From contig OZ024740.1 of NCBI GenBank assembly GCA_964016885.1, positions 2,976,001 to 3,040,000 of the forward strand: a stretch of DNA of 64,000 nucleotides. The letters run 5' to 3'. The first letter of the stretch is position 1, and each line of letters begins with the position of its first letter. The notes beneath the pieces were generated by a model. The model was not told the DNA's origin. It searched no databases and was given only the letters and a program-made list of their open reading frames with translations. The stretch is from Eledone cirrhosa. Taxonomy: Eukaryota. The position numbers and the translations under genes are program-made. This document shows positions 25,250 to 37,638 of the stretch, in pieces.

Positions 25250-28030
25250 TCTTTATTAGCCACAGGGGCACAAAAGAAGGGGACAAATACAAAGGGGGAA
25301 GTTTACATACAATAAAAACGTGTAAAATATTATCACAAATGCAATTGAAAAGTTAATCGATTTTCCCCAATAGGGGGAGACATTACATATGGGTAACACA
25401 TACCTCCGAAAAAAATGTGCAACCCTCATCTCCAGGAGTACGAAGAGTTTGTACCCCTTTCCTCTCTTCCTCTTTTTCCTCAACCTACAGGCTGATATAG
25501 AGAGAAGGCCCATTCACTCGGGCCACTCTCTCCATTCTGATTCTTCTTCCAAAGTGGTATTTGAAAAAAACGAATCAGTTGTTGGCTGGAGAGAAAGGTG
25601 TCTGACCTCAGCCCTTTCAACCTTGTCCACCATACAACCTCTTTTGCCATAGCTATCACACAAAGGAAAATCGCCTCTCCTTCGTTTTTGAAGGAGGGTG
25701 GCGGTTTGATCATGACAATGGACTCGGTGGTCAATTGGATTGGTCCCACCTGTGACAATAGTCATTCTACATAGCCCCATAGGTCGGTAATGCCCGGGGA
25801 GTGTACAAATGCATGCGCGACAGTTTCCTCGTCGCGCACGCATCTCGGACAGATCTTTTTCGAAGGGTCCCTGCCCGGGGCACCTGTGTCTGTAGAGCTT
25901 GTCTTGAACTGGTAGAACTCCTCGGTAGCACTGCCAGGCCAGGGACTTTCGGAAGTTGTCCATCAGTCCCGGGCGGAAGGTTCTACTGAACATACTGGCC
26001 AGTTCGTCTTCCTCTACGCCTAGAGTTTCTCTGAGCACGTCCTCGCACTTGCTGCGGACCAACCCTCTATAGAATGACGAAGTGGAGTCTCCACTGATCG
26101 CCGGGTCCGCCTGCCAGAGGGCTGTGAGCACCTGAGCACATTCGATGTGCCAGTCGCCCATTTTACTCGGTCTTTGCTTGACCCAGGACTGCAGCTCGGT
26201 CAGCGAGACGAGTCGTGGGAATGCTCGCCTCACGAACGGGGACCTACCGGTTGTCCAGTGAGGAATACGTGGAGGTGCCGCAGCCTGAGCACATGTTTCC
26301 GCATCGTCAGCCACGGCATCCCCAGCCGTCCGTTTGAAGGGTGTTGGCAGCAGATGGATCCTCTCACCAAAAGAGCCCGCTTCTTTCAAAGGAATTGGAA
26401 GAGCACGTGCTCCATTTTGGTGAGCGTTTTGGCTGGACAAGGCACGACGGTCAAGCGGTAGTAGATGACGGACGCTATAAAAGTGTTTGTCACCTCCGCT
26501 CGACCTTTCAAGGATAGTTTGCACTCGGCCCACTTCTGGAGTGCAAACACCTTGGCCGTCACCTCGTTCCAGTTCTTCTCCACCTGGAGGTCTGGTCCAA
26601 ACCAGACCCCGAGCAGCTTTAACGGTCCTTCTGTCCAGCGTCCGATGACGGCATCGGAAGGCATCGGTCTTCCTCTCCACGATCTGAGTTGTAAACCGAT
26701 GGACTTGTCCCGGTTGAGCTTCGCTCCTGTGAACCTTCCGTATTCTTTCAGTAAGGTGCCGACTTCCTCGATTTTCGATGTGCTCGACAACATTATTGTA
26801 ACGTCGTCGGCGTAGGCCGACGCCGCTTTCCGCAGTCCCAGTTCCAGAGGGATGCCCTGCAATAGCTCCAACTTCCGCAGTAGTCGCTTGAGAGTCAGTA
26901 CGTACAGAAGGGAGGAGAGAGGGCATCCCTGTCGAATGGATCACGTAATATGGAACGGCTCCGAGAGGTAGCCGTTCACCTTGACCCTTGAGCATATGTT
27001 GCTGTTGTGCATTGCAGCAATCCAGCTCCTGAACACGGGTCCGAAGCCTGCCGCCTCGAGCACCGCATCTAGGTAACGATGGTCAACCCTATTGAAAGCC
27101 TTAGACTGATCCAAGTTGATCAGGGCCCCACCGAAGCCGGGTTTACACCCTGCCCTATCTATGATGTATCGCATTAGGTGGAGGTTGTCGTGTATGGACC
27201 TGGTCGGGATTGCGCATGTCTGCGCTTCTCCCACCAGGTTCTCGATGACCAGCGCCAGCCTCTTTGCCAACACCTTGGCCATAATCTGTAACTCTGTGTT
27301 TAGCAGAGTTATGGGCCGGAAGTTGCCTATGTCATCCCCGTTATTCTCGTCCTTCCTAACTAGTGTGACTATGCACCCGGTCACAGAACTGGGAATTCTC
27401 CCGTTCTGTTGCCAGTTACAGTAGACCGCTTCCAGGAGACCGGAGAATAAGTCCGGCATTGCTACGTAAAATTCGTAGGGTAGACCGTCGAGACTGGGAG
27501 ATTTGTGTTTGCCACTTTGGCTCAGCGCGTCCCCTATCTCAGCGGCTGAAATCGGCTTTTCACAGAACTTTACCTCCCTGTCCGAGAGTCGCGGTAGGCC
27601 GTCGAGGTATGGACCGAAATCCATAGCCCCTCCCGGTGCGCCACCCTGCCCGAACAGTTGAGCAAAGTGCCGCTGAAAGGCCGCACACATCTGCTTCGGC
27701 TCACGTATCACACGTCCGTTTTGGTCCTTCAAAGAACGAATCGTGGACTTGTTGCCACTTTTTGCCTTCGTCACCCAGGCCCAGCTAACAGCTTTGGCTC
27801 CCTCGTTTCCCAGAGCATGTATTTTGCTTCTGACAACGCAGCCCTCGTGCTTTGCGTCGAAGAACTGGTCCAAGGCTGTTCTCATTGCTAGCACGCTGGC
27901 TACGTTGCCACTTCTAATTGCCTCTTCTACTTTATCTACCAGTTCCTTCTCGGTTCTATTTCTATCTAACGCTAATTCTTTACTAAAAACTAACGAGTCT
28001 AATCTAACTGCCCTCTTGAGAGAGTTCCAC
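25250..28030 (-). mobile_element. Tx1/L1-clade LINE, 5'-truncated (no endonuclease), disrupted RT and C-terminal region
   Basis: KSPSLDGLPYEFY, NFRPITLLN, LDQSKAFNRVDH, (S)IRQGCPLSPLLY and AYADDVT motifs; GC-rich; aataaagaaa 3' end. Confidence 0.9.
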
Positions 28031-28305
28031 CATCTGGTCTCTTGGATACAGCAAATATCAACCTCCTTACGTTCAAGCATTTCTACAACCTCGTTAGAGC
28101 GGCCTTTTAAGGTGCCTACATTCATGGTACCAACTCTGGAGTTTTGGATTGCGTTTGGAGGATGGGAACGGTGGGGCTCAGGGAGGGGTGAAGGAGATGG
28201 GGTTATGTTAGCCATCCACAGCCGAAATAAAGAGGAGGAGTCCTTGCATTCTCGTCCGGCAGCATGAGGTGAATTTGTCTTTATCTTTGGCATTGTAACT
28301 GAGTG
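28030..28305 (-). mobile_element. RTE LINE 5' end fused in frame to the Tx1 body
   Basis: MPKIKTNSPHAAGR...VGTMNVGTLKGRSNEVVEMLERKEVDICCIQETRW matches the start of ORF 23582-24352. Confidence 0.9.
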
Positions 28306-28315
28306 TATATATACC

Positions 28316-28360
<45 letters not shown>

Positions 28361-28414
28361 CGTTTCTGAATTCGTTTAGCAAGATTCTTTATCTGAAAAC
28401 GTGTGTTGAAACTG

Positions 28415-28562
28415 ATATTGTTATACTTTGGGAGGGTCATGTTGCCAATAAGAAACACACGCACCAGTTGTTTCACTTCAATTTATTATAATAAATTGAA
28501 GTGAAAGCACTGGTGTGTGTGTTTCTTATTGGCAACATGACCCTCCCAAAGTATAACAATAT
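28415..28562. repeat. Spacer-less 148-bp palindrome in (TA)n
   Basis: Perfect centre ttcaatttatta|taataaattgaa at 28488/28489; arms nearly identical; the left arm has an extra tail to ~28338. Confidence 0.9.
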
Positions 28563-28598
28563 ATATATATATATTGGAATAAATGCTCTGAAATAGCG

Positions 28599-28795
28599 AT
28601 ATATATGTGAATATAGACATAGAATATTCGAAAATATTCTGTATGTTTATAATAAACATTTTGAAGACCTAATCGCTATAGAATAGAATACGTCACGTAT
28701 TACAATTAGATTCTCGATAAAAGCATTAGCGATTAGGTCTTCAAAATGTTTATTATAAACATACAGAATAGTTTCGAATATTCTATGTCTATATT

Positions 28796-28805
<10 letters not shown>
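28599..28805. repeat. Inverted repeat with ~80-bp arms and ~48-bp spacer in (TA)n
   Basis: atgtgaatatagacatag...cctaatcgcta mirrored by tagcgattagg...ctatgtctatattcacat. Confidence 0.88.
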
Positions 28806-28872
<67 letters not shown>

Positions 28873-28926
28873 GTGAGGTTTTTTTTACAAAATGAAAAAT
28901 AACCGAGGTGTCCTACACGAGTGAAA

Positions 28927-29188
28927 GTATAAAGAAAAAGAGATGAAATCGAAAATGCAACTGAAGTCTTATTTTTAAAAAAAATATATATATTTATTTG
29001 GTTCCTTTACCGGTTTCGCAGTTCTTCTGCTTTTCAAAAGGTGAGTTGAGATGGAGGGTCTGTGGTTTTTCTCAACTCACCTTTTGAAAAGCAGAAGAAC
29101 TGCGAAACCGGTAAAGGTACCAAATAAATATATATATTTAAAAAAAAAAAATAAGACTTCAGTTGCATTTTCGATTTCATCTCTTTTT

Positions 29189-29195
<7 letters not shown>
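28927..29195. repeat. Fold-back palindrome with ~125-bp arms, one hammerhead per arm
   Basis: Arms flank the spacer tggagggtctgtggttttt; the left arm has an extra tail to ~28866. Confidence 0.88.
29079..29118 (+). ncRNA. Hammerhead ribozyme with variant U3-A8 core (mirror copy 29004-29042, minus strand)
   Basis: acctt-TTGAAAA-gcag(aagaa)ctgc-GAAA-ccgg-TA-aaggt; palindromic stem III ACCGGT. Confidence 0.75.
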
Positions 29196-29253
<58 letters not shown>

Positions 29254-29376
29254 GGAGGTGAGTTTTATTGTAGTACAATAAAGCAATGCAGATATCGGAT
29301 AAGAAGCACTCTACAGTTTGTAGGACTGGAGTATACATAATATAAGATCAAAAGATGGTTAAAGGAGTTCCATGTA

Positions 29377-29443
29377 TTTTATTATGCGCATTTCAAAAAC
29401 AAACATCATCATGCAATAATATTTGTGTTTTCATCAGATAAAA
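29377..29443 (-). ncRNA. Hammerhead ribozyme in the inverted Penelope 3' end
   Basis: Reverse complement of 34436-34502. Confidence 0.82.
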
Positions 29444-31659
29444 CAGGAGAACATGATATGAAGGCTAAAAAACACTTATGGATAGTGTAGTTTTAAATTA
29501 ACATATGAAAAGTGGTTTTAGATTGATGTGTGATATTGGGAAACATATTTTATTTAGAGAGGGGGGGGGGTGGAAAGGATGAAAAAGGGGAGGAGATGAG
29601 AGGGAGAGATGGGTGATAGAGAGAAAGAAATAGTTTTTATAACTGAGAGGAGATATATTGTTTTACATAGAGAGGTTGAAAACCGTTGGAAGATAATGTA
29701 TAAATTAAAAAAAGTTTGAAAATTAACGAAGGGAGGATATGTGTGAGGAAAAAATATTTTATTTAGGGAGGGGGAGGTGGAAAGGATGAAAAAAGGGGGA
29801 GGAGATGAGAGTGAAGGTGGAGAGGGAGAGATGGGTGATAGAGAGAAAGAGATAGTTTTTATAACTGAGAAAAAGATATATTGTTTTATATAGAGAGGTT
29901 GAGAACCGTTGGAAGATAATGTATAAATTAAAGGAATTTGAAAATTAACGAAAGGAATTTATGTATGAAGATAGAGAGAAAAAATAATAATTGTGGATGA
30001 ATATTCTAACGTCAAAAAAAGTATGTTGATAAGTATTGTGGCAATTTCAAAATTAACGAAGAGAAAAATTATTAAGGTTTGTGTGTAGAAGGATTTGAGA
30101 AAAATAATGTGAAGTTGAAGTTTGTATATTGAAGGAATTGATAATATATGCGAATAAAGAGTTAATATGTATTAAGAATGAGTTCGTTGATGGGGAGAAA
30201 AAAATAATAAATTAAGGATGAAATTGAGATTAAAAAGATTTATGATAGAGAGAAAAAATAATAATGATTGCGGATGAATATTCTAACGTCAAAAAAACAA
30301 ATGTATATGTTATGAAGGATTTTACAAGGTGAAGATAGAATGAGGGTAATGAGTAAACAAGTATTATAGAGTGTATAATGCCCTTTAAAGTATGGTAGGA
30401 AGATGGGTATATTTTAAAGAGGTGTATGTATATGTGCCTTTGAGAAAAGATTCTAAATTGATAAAGAATTGAATATTAACTGTATACTTTGTGAAAAGTC
30501 CTATGGAATTTATGCAGGCAGATAGAAAACAAATCTGTACGTCTATTTATTATAGAATCTAGGTTAGAGATAATGGTAAATTTTTCATTTAGGCAGAGAT
30601 TACAGATTTTAGATAGAGAGCTGTTCAAGTATGAGGATGCAGAAGAAACGTTCTTCCAAAAGATGGTATATTTAATGTTTTTGTCTTTTAAGGACCATAT
30701 GAGTTCTGAGAGAGCAGTGTTGGTTCTTTTAAGTTTGTATTTGAAAGATGAATGATGATTATAGAGACGAGCTTTAAAAGAGGTGGAAGTGGAGCCAAAA
30801 TAGGTGAAGGAATTGGTGCTAGTTATAATTTTACATTCATAAATTAAGTTTTTATCGAGACAATGGTTGTTGAGAGGACATTTATTTTTAATACGGCAGT
30901 TGCAATTAGAGAGATTATTAATGAGTGACCTAGTGTTATCTATAGAAGGAATTGGATTGGAGAAGTTGTTTGCGATAGGAATAATAGGAATAATAGTTTT
31001 TTGATTTAGAGTTGGATTATGAACATTTAGCGAAGTTGTGTTTGACGTTGTATTTGGGTTTACAGAAGTTAGCCTAGGGTTTACAATGACGTCGGGAGTA
31101 CTATTACTGTTATTATGAAATTCAATGTTGGAAGGAAGAGATTTAGTATTTAGTATTTTATTGTTGTGTTTAGAGATGATGTTGGAAATATTGGAGGATG
31201 TGGAATAAGAAAATTTTATGGTGTGTTTGTTAAATATTTTACTATAGAATTAACTAAAATAATAAAAAATCTTAAATTCAAGAGATACCCTTACAAAGGA
31301 CAAGAGCACCTTGTAAATCTCAAGAACACAATCTCTAACCTAAATTCCTCAAAAAATGTTTTAGTCCACTCTGACAAAACCAATAACTTATATGGTATTT
31401 CCAAGGATAATTATAACAACCTTATCCTAAAGGAACTTAGGAAAAAGTATCGTAAAACCAACCATGAAAATTTAGAATACATAAACCTTGAAGCCTCTGA
31501 GATTATGTCAAAACTTGGCATTGAAAAAAAGACCGAACCATTCCTCCCAAGAACTCCGAGGATAAATCTCAAGGATCACAAAAACAATTTTCGCACTGAA
31601 CTACCTGTTAGATTAATCGCCCCCTCTAAATCTGATCTGGGGTTGTTAGTAAAGCCATC

Positions 31660-33408
31660 TTGGATAGAATTATCCCACAGGTTAGTTCTAATTGCTCTTC
31701 TTTGAACCTAAATTTATGGTTTGGTACTTCTGAGGTGATTGGCTGGTTCAACAAATTGGATAATAAAAACAAACTAAAATTTATTCAATTTGATATTGCC
31801 AGCTACTATTCCTCCATTTCGCCTTCACTTCTCAATAATGCTCTATCTTTCGCACTTAAATATTCTGACATCACCACAGATGAACTTCACATCATCCTCA
31901 CCGCACGTAAAACCATCCTAGAGTTCAACAACGAATATTGGACCAGAGCCGATACCTCTAACAACTTCGACATCACAATGGAAGCATCCGATTCATCCCA
32001 ATTGACTGATTTAATTGGTATCTTCATTTTGAACTCTTTGAGTCGGAAAATTCCTCAACTTCGCGGTGGAATTTATCGTGACGATGGACTCTTTACTATC
32101 CTAAATTGCAATATAGTTAACCTTAATATTATTAAGAACAATATACGTAATCTCTTTAACCAACATAACCTAAAAATTGAATTTGATAATAGTATCAAAC
32201 TAGCTAATTTCTTGGATGTATCTCTTAATCTTGACACTGGCCTATATTACCCTTACCATAAAAACAATGAGAACCTAAATTATGTTAACTTTAAATCTAA
32301 CCATCCTACCAATATCAAGAATGCTATAGTTAGTAATATTGGAAAAAGAATATCTAACATATCCTCTAATAAAAACATCTTTGATGCTAACGCCAATTAC
32401 TATAATAACGCACTTTCTAAAGCCGGCTATCCAGATAAAATCAAATATAGTAAAGAAACAAATTCTAGAAAAACTTACAGTAGAATAATTAATCATGATC
32501 ATTCCAATAATTTTAATAAAAGACCTAGATACAAAAACATAATCTGGTATAATGCTCCTTTCTCCATCTCTATTAATAACAATATTCCTAAATTATTTTT
32601 TAGTGCCTTAAATAAATGCTTCCCTCCCTCACATATCTATAGTAAAATATTTAACAAACACACCATAAAATTTTCTTATTCCACATCCTCCAATATTTCC
32701 AACATCATCTCTAAACACAACAATAAAATACTAAATACTAAATCTCTTCTTTCCAACATTGAATTTCATAATAACAGTAATAGTACTCCCGACGTCATTG
32801 TAAACCCTAGGCTAACTTCTGTAAACCCAAATACAACGTCAAACAGAACTTCGCTAAATGTTCATAATCCAACTCTAAATCAAGAAACTATTATTCCTAT
32901 TATTCCTATCGCAAACAACTTCTCCAATCCAATTCCTTCTATAGATAACACTAGGTCACTCATTAATAATCTCTCTAATTGCAACTGCCGCATTAAAAAT
33001 AAATGTCTTCTCAACAACCATTGTCTCGATAAAAACTTAATTTATGAATGTAAAATTATAACTAGCACCAATTCCTTCACCTATTTTGGCTCCACTTCCA
33101 CCTCTTTTAAAGCTCGTCTCTATAATCATCATTCATCTTTCAAATACAAACTTAAAAGAACCAACACTGCTCTCTCAGAACTCATATGGTCCTTAAAAGA
33201 CAAAAACATTAAATATACCATCTTTTGGAAGAACGTTTCTTCTGCATCCTCATACTTGAACAGCTCTCTATTTAAAATCTGTAATCTCTGCCTAAATGAA
33301 AAATTTACCATTATCTCTAACCTAGATTCTATAATAAATAGACGTACAGATTTGTTTTCTATCTGCCTGCATAAATTCCATAGGACTTTTCATAAAGTAT
33401 ACAGTTAA
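31660..33408 (+). CDS. Penelope RT + GIY-YIG endonuclease ORF (frameshifted from upstream 31249-31650)
   Basis: RT motifs FIQFDIASYYSSI, FDITM, GIYRDDGL, NFLDVSLNL; CNCRIKNKCLLNNHCL; LIY...TYFGST, FKARLYNH, CNLCLNEK. Probably non-functional. Confidence 0.88.
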   Translation: MDRIIPQVSSNCSSLNLNLWFGTSEVIGWFNKLDNKNKLKFIQFDIASYYSSISPSLLNNALSFALKYSDITTDELHIILTARKTILEFNNEYWTRADTSNNFDITMEASDSSQLTDLIGIFILNSLSRKIPQLRGGIYRDDGLFTILNCNIVNLNIIKNNIRNLFNQHNLKIEFDNSIKLANFLDVSLNLDTGLYYPYHKNNENLNYVNFKSNHPTNIKNAIVSNIGKRISNISSNKNIFDANANYYNNALSKAGYPDKIKYSKETNSRKTYSRIINHDHSNNFNKRPRYKNIIWYNAPFSISINNNIPKLFFSALNKCFPPSHIYSKIFNKHTIKFSYSTSSNISNIISKHNNKILNTKSLLSNIEFHNNSNSTPDVIVNPRLTSVNPNTTSNRTSLNVHNPTLNQETIIPIIPIANNFSNPIPSIDNTRSLINNLSNCNCRIKNKCLLNNHCLDKNLIYECKIITSTNSFTYFGSTSTSFKARLYNHHSSFKYKLKRTNTALSELIWSLKDKNIKYTIFWKNVSSASSYLNSSLFKICNLCLNEKFTIISNLDSIINRRTDLFSICLHKFHRTFHKVYS

Positions 33409-34435
33409 TATTCAATTCTTTATCAATTTAGAATCTTTTCTCAAAGGCACATATACATACACCTCTTTAAAATATACCCATCTTCCTACCATACTTTAAA
33501 GGGCATTATACACTCTATAATACTTGTTTACTCATTACCCTCATTCTATCTTCACCTTGTAAAATCCTTCATAACATATACATTTGTTTTTTTGACGTTA
33601 GAATATTCATCCGCAATCATTATTATTTTTTCTCTCTATCATAAATCTTTTTAATCTCAATTTCATCCTTAATTTATTATTTTTTTCTCCCCATCAACGA
33701 ACTCATTCTTAATACATATTAACTCTTTATTCGCATATATTATCAATTCCTTCAATATACAAACTTTAACTTCACATTATTTTTCTCAAATCCTTCTACA
33801 CACAAACCTTAATAATTTTCTCTTCGTTAATTTTGAAATTGCCACAATACTTATCAACATACTTTTTTTGACGTTAGAATATTCATCCACAATTATTATT
33901 TTTTCTCTCTATCTTCATACATAAATTCCCTTCGTTAATTTTCAAATTCCTTTAATTTATACATTATCTTCCAACGGTTCTCAACCTCTCTGTGTAAAAC
34001 AATATATCTTTTTCTCAGTTATAAAAACTATCTCTTTCTCTCTATCACCCATCTCTCCCTCTCCACCTTCACTCTCATCTCCTCCCCCTTTTTTCATCCT
34101 TTCCACCCCCCTCCCTAAATAAAATATTTTTTCCTCGCACATATCCTCCCTTCGTTAATTTTCAAACTTTTTTTAATTTATACATTATCTTCCAACGGTT
34201 TTCAACCTCTCTATGTAAAACAATATATCTCCTCTCAGTTATAAAAACTATCTCTTTCTCTCTATCACCCATCTCTCCCTCTCATCTCCTCCCCTTTTTC
34301 ATCCTTTCCACCCCCCCCTCTCCAAATAAAATATTTTTCCCAATATCACACATCAATCTAAAACCACTTTTCATATGTTAATTTAAAACTGCACTATCCA
34401 CAAGTGTTTTTTAGCCTTCATATCATGTTCTCCTG

Positions 34436-34502
34436 TTTTATCTGATGAAAACACAAATATTATTGCATGATGATGTTTGTTTTTGAAATGCGCATAATAA
34501 AA
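34436..34502 (+). ncRNA. Hammerhead ribozyme in Penelope pLTR
   Basis: ttttat-CTGATGA-[aaacacaaatattattgcatgatgatgtttgttttt]-GAAA-tgcgca-TA-ataaaa; palindromic stem III ATGCGCAT. Confidence 0.85.
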
Positions 34503-34537
34503 TACATGGAACTCCTTTAACCATCTTTTGATCTTAT

Positions 34538-34610
<73 letters not shown>

Positions 34611-34621
34611 TATATACATGG

Positions 34622-34933
34622 AGGCACATGGCTTAGTGGTTAGGGCATTTGCCTTGCAATCGAAAGGTTGTGAGTTCAATTCTCAGACCGGGTGATGTGT
34701 TGTTTCCTTGAGCAAGACACTTTATTTCACATTGCTCCAGTTTACTCAGCTGTAGAAATGAGATGATAGGACTTGGGTCCCTATCATGCCACTGCAAAGT
34801 GGTCGTGGAGGTGCCACAGCAAAAAGGCACCCACCACTCACTGTAAATGAGGTTGGTGTTAGGAAGGGCATCCAGCTGTAGAAATCAAGCCAGAATCAGT
34901 TCCCATCCCACCCTTGCAAGCAAGGAGAGTGGA
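34622..34933 (+). mobile_element. tRNA-SINE family A
   Basis: Homologous to 24585-24915; tail (tgaaa)n. Confidence 0.88.
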
Positions 34934-34979
34934 CGTAAAATGAAATGAAATGACCATGTGTGTGTGTGTCTCAGTTTAT

Positions 34980-35540
34980 TAGTATGACCAGAGTTTAATG
35001 ATTGAAACCCATTGAGGGCCTGGTACTAGTATGACCAGAGTTTAATGATTGAAACCCATTGAGGGCCTGGTACTAGTATGACCAGAGTTTAATGATTGAA
35101 CCCCATTGAGGGCCTGGTACTAGTATGACCAGAGTTTAATGATTGAAACCCATTGAGGGCCTGGTACTAGTATGACCAGTGTTTAATGATTGACCCCCAT
35201 TGAGGGCCTGGTACTAGTATGACCATTGTTTAATGATTGAACCCCATTGAGGGCCTGGTACTTGTATGACCAGTGTTTAATGATTGAACCACATTGAGGG
35301 CCTGGTATTAGTATGACCAGAGTTTAATGATTGAAACCCATTGAGGGCCTGGTACTAGTATGACCAGAGTTTAATGATTGAACCCCATTGAGGGCCTGGT
35401 ACTAGTATGACCAGAGTTTAATGATTGAAACCCATTGAGGGCCTGGTACTAGTATGACCAGAGTTTAATGATTGAAACCCATTGAGGGCCTGGTACTAGT
35501 ATGACCAGAGTTTAATGATTGAACCCCATTGAGGGCCTGG
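34980..35540. repeat. 47-bp minisatellite, ~12 copies
   Basis: Unit tagtatgaccagagtttaatgattgaaacccattgagggcctggtac. Confidence 0.95.
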
Positions 35541-35937
35541 TGTGTGTTGGGGTGTGTGTGTTGGTGCGTGTGTGTTGGGGTGTGTGTGTTGGGGTGTGTG
35601 TGTTGGGGTGTGTGTGTGTTGAGGCGTGTGTGTTGGGGGGATGTTTTGGGGTGTGTGTGTTGGGGTGTGTGTGTTGGTGCGTGTGTGTTGGGGTGTGTGT
35701 GTTGGGGTGTGTGTGTTGGGGTGTGTGTGTTGGGGTGTGTGTGTTGGGGTGTGTGTGTTGGGGTGTGTATGTGTTGGGGTGTGTGTGTTGGGGTGTGTAT
35801 GTGTTGGGGAGTGTGTGTTGGGGTGTGTGTGTTGGGGTGCGTGTGTGTTGGGGTGTGTGTGTTGGTGCGTGTGTGTTAGGGTGTGTGTGTTGGGGTGTGT
35901 GTGTTGGGGGTGGGGGTGGGGGGGGGGGGGGGGGGGT
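35541..35937. repeat. (GTGTGTGTTGGG)n microsatellite and poly-G
   Basis: Read directly. Confidence 0.92.
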
Positions 35938-36107
35938 GATAAGTATAAAGAATAGAATCAAAACTAATTTTTTAAATCTAAAAAAAAACCTAAAGATGGT
36001 AATTATAATTGTAGATAAATAAATAATTAATTATAATAAATATTTGTATAATTGTAATTATATTATTGAAATATGATAAATGAAATTGAGAAAACCTCAT
36101 ATGTAGA

Positions 36108-36826
36108 ATGATGGAGGTGGTGGTGGTAGTTGTGATGGTGTTGGTGGTGATGTTAGTGGTGGTGGTGGTGGTCGTTGTGGTGGTGGTGGTGGTGGTGGTG
36201 GTGGAAGTTGTAACAAAAATGGTGGTGGTGGTAGTTGTAACAATGGTGGTGGTGGTGGTGGTGGTAGTTGTGGTAGTGGTGGTGGTTATGTTAGTGGTGG
36301 TGGTGGTGGTTGTGGTAGTGATTGTGGTGGTTGTGGTGATGGTGGTGGTGATGGTGGTAGTTGTAACAATAGTAGTGGTGGTGGTTGTGGTAGTGATGGT
36401 GGTGGTGGTGGTAATGGTGGTGGTGGTGGTGGTGGTGGTGGTGGTAGTTGTGGTAGTGGTGGTGGTTATGTTAGTGGTGGTGGTGGTGGTTGTGGTAGTG
36501 ATGGTGGTGGTGGTGGTGGTGGTGATGGTGGTAGTTGTAACAATAGTGGTGGTGATGTTAGTGGTAGTGGTGGTAGTGGTGGTGGTGATGGTAGTTGTAA
36601 CAATACTGGTGGTGATGTTAGTGGTGGTGATGTTAGTGGTGGTTGTGGTGGTGGTAGTTGTAACAATAGTGGTGGTGATGTTAGTGTTCGTGGTGGTGGT
36701 GGTTGTGGTGGTGGTAGTTGTAACAATAGTGGTGGTCATGTTAGTGGTAGTGGTGGTGGTGGTAGTTGTAACAATAGTGGTGGTGATGTTATTGGTGGTG
36801 GTGGTGGTGGTGGTGGTGGTGGTGGT
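36108..36826. repeat. Degenerate (GGT)n trinucleotide repeat
   Basis: Read directly; source of the spurious poly-Val and poly-Thr ORFs. Confidence 0.92.
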
Positions 36827-37002
36827 GTTTCTGATATACACATAATTTGTTTTAATTCATATCTTCTATCACAATTTCTTAAATATAATAATAATTACTT
36901 TATAATTAACAATAAAATTATTATTTCTAATTTAGGCAGAAAGCCAGCAATTGGTGAGGGTGGAAAAGTTAAATATGTCAACCCCAGTATGAAACTAGTG
37001 AA

Positions 37003-37168
37003 GGCGTATGGCTTAGTGGTTAGAGCATTGGGCTTGCAATTGAAAGGTTGTGAGTTCAATTCTTGGACCAGGTGATGTGTTGTTTCCTTGAGCAAGACAC
37101 TTTATTTCACATTGCTCCAGTTTACTCAGCTGTAGAAATGAGATGATAGGGACTGGGGTCCCTATCAT
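37003..37168 (+). mobile_element. 3'-truncated tRNA-SINE family A
   Basis: Head and core match 24585 and 34622 up to gggactggggtccctatcat. Confidence 0.85.
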
Positions 37169-37399
37169 TAAATCCCCCAAGACACCTCCAACGAGATATA
37201 CCTTGGAGGAGGAGGCCAGCTAAACCTGCATAGGTGTGAGCTGTCAAGGAGGAGGAGGGTGAGAGAGAGAGAGAGAGTGAGAGAGAAAAGGAAAAGAAGA
37301 AAGACAAAGAAATATAGCATAGAAAGAAAAAGAGAAAGAAAAAGAGAAAGAAAAAGAAGAAAAAAGTGATAAATAGATAAATAATAGAAAAAGGTTTAC

Positions 37400-37544
37400 T
37401 TTAAGAAAGGCACTGATAGTGTTATCCTCCAGAAACTCATCTCCTGATATACTCTGCCATTCTTGTACAAACTGGATAACTCGGCATTTATGACTGACTG
37501 TGATGTCGTGGCTCTCATGCTTAGCACCAGCTGTTGCTTCATAG
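37400..37544 (-). CDS. RAPGEF4: Epac exon, REM domain, preceded by an AC (U12) acceptor
   Basis: ttccttaactactgttttac|CTATGAA...CTTAAA|gtaaac; 145 nt, phase 2/0; (H)YEATAGAKHESHDITVSHKCRVIQFVQEWQSISGDEFLEDNTISAFLK resembles Epac2 NKRRVIRLVLQW. Confidence 0.92.
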
Positions 37545-37638
37545 GTAAAACAGTAGTTAAGGAAAAATAGTTACATTTCTTCTACTTATTTTCTATATCA
37601 TTCACTGAGACTTTTTGTATCATTAAAAGCAGGGGAAA

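Larger units (their letters stand above)
29251..34541 (+). mobile_element. Penelope-like retroelement (Naiad-like), 5'-truncated, with ~1.9-kb inverted 3' copy
   Basis: 29338-31248 is the reverse complement of 32636-34541. The RT-EN body starts at ~31249. The left arm has an extra ~87-bp tail. Both ends lie in (TA)n. Confidence 0.92.

Noticed and set aside
31660-33408. Selenocysteine-recoding Naiad
   Set aside because: Some Naiads use in-frame UGA, but this frame is open with ordinary Cys codons.
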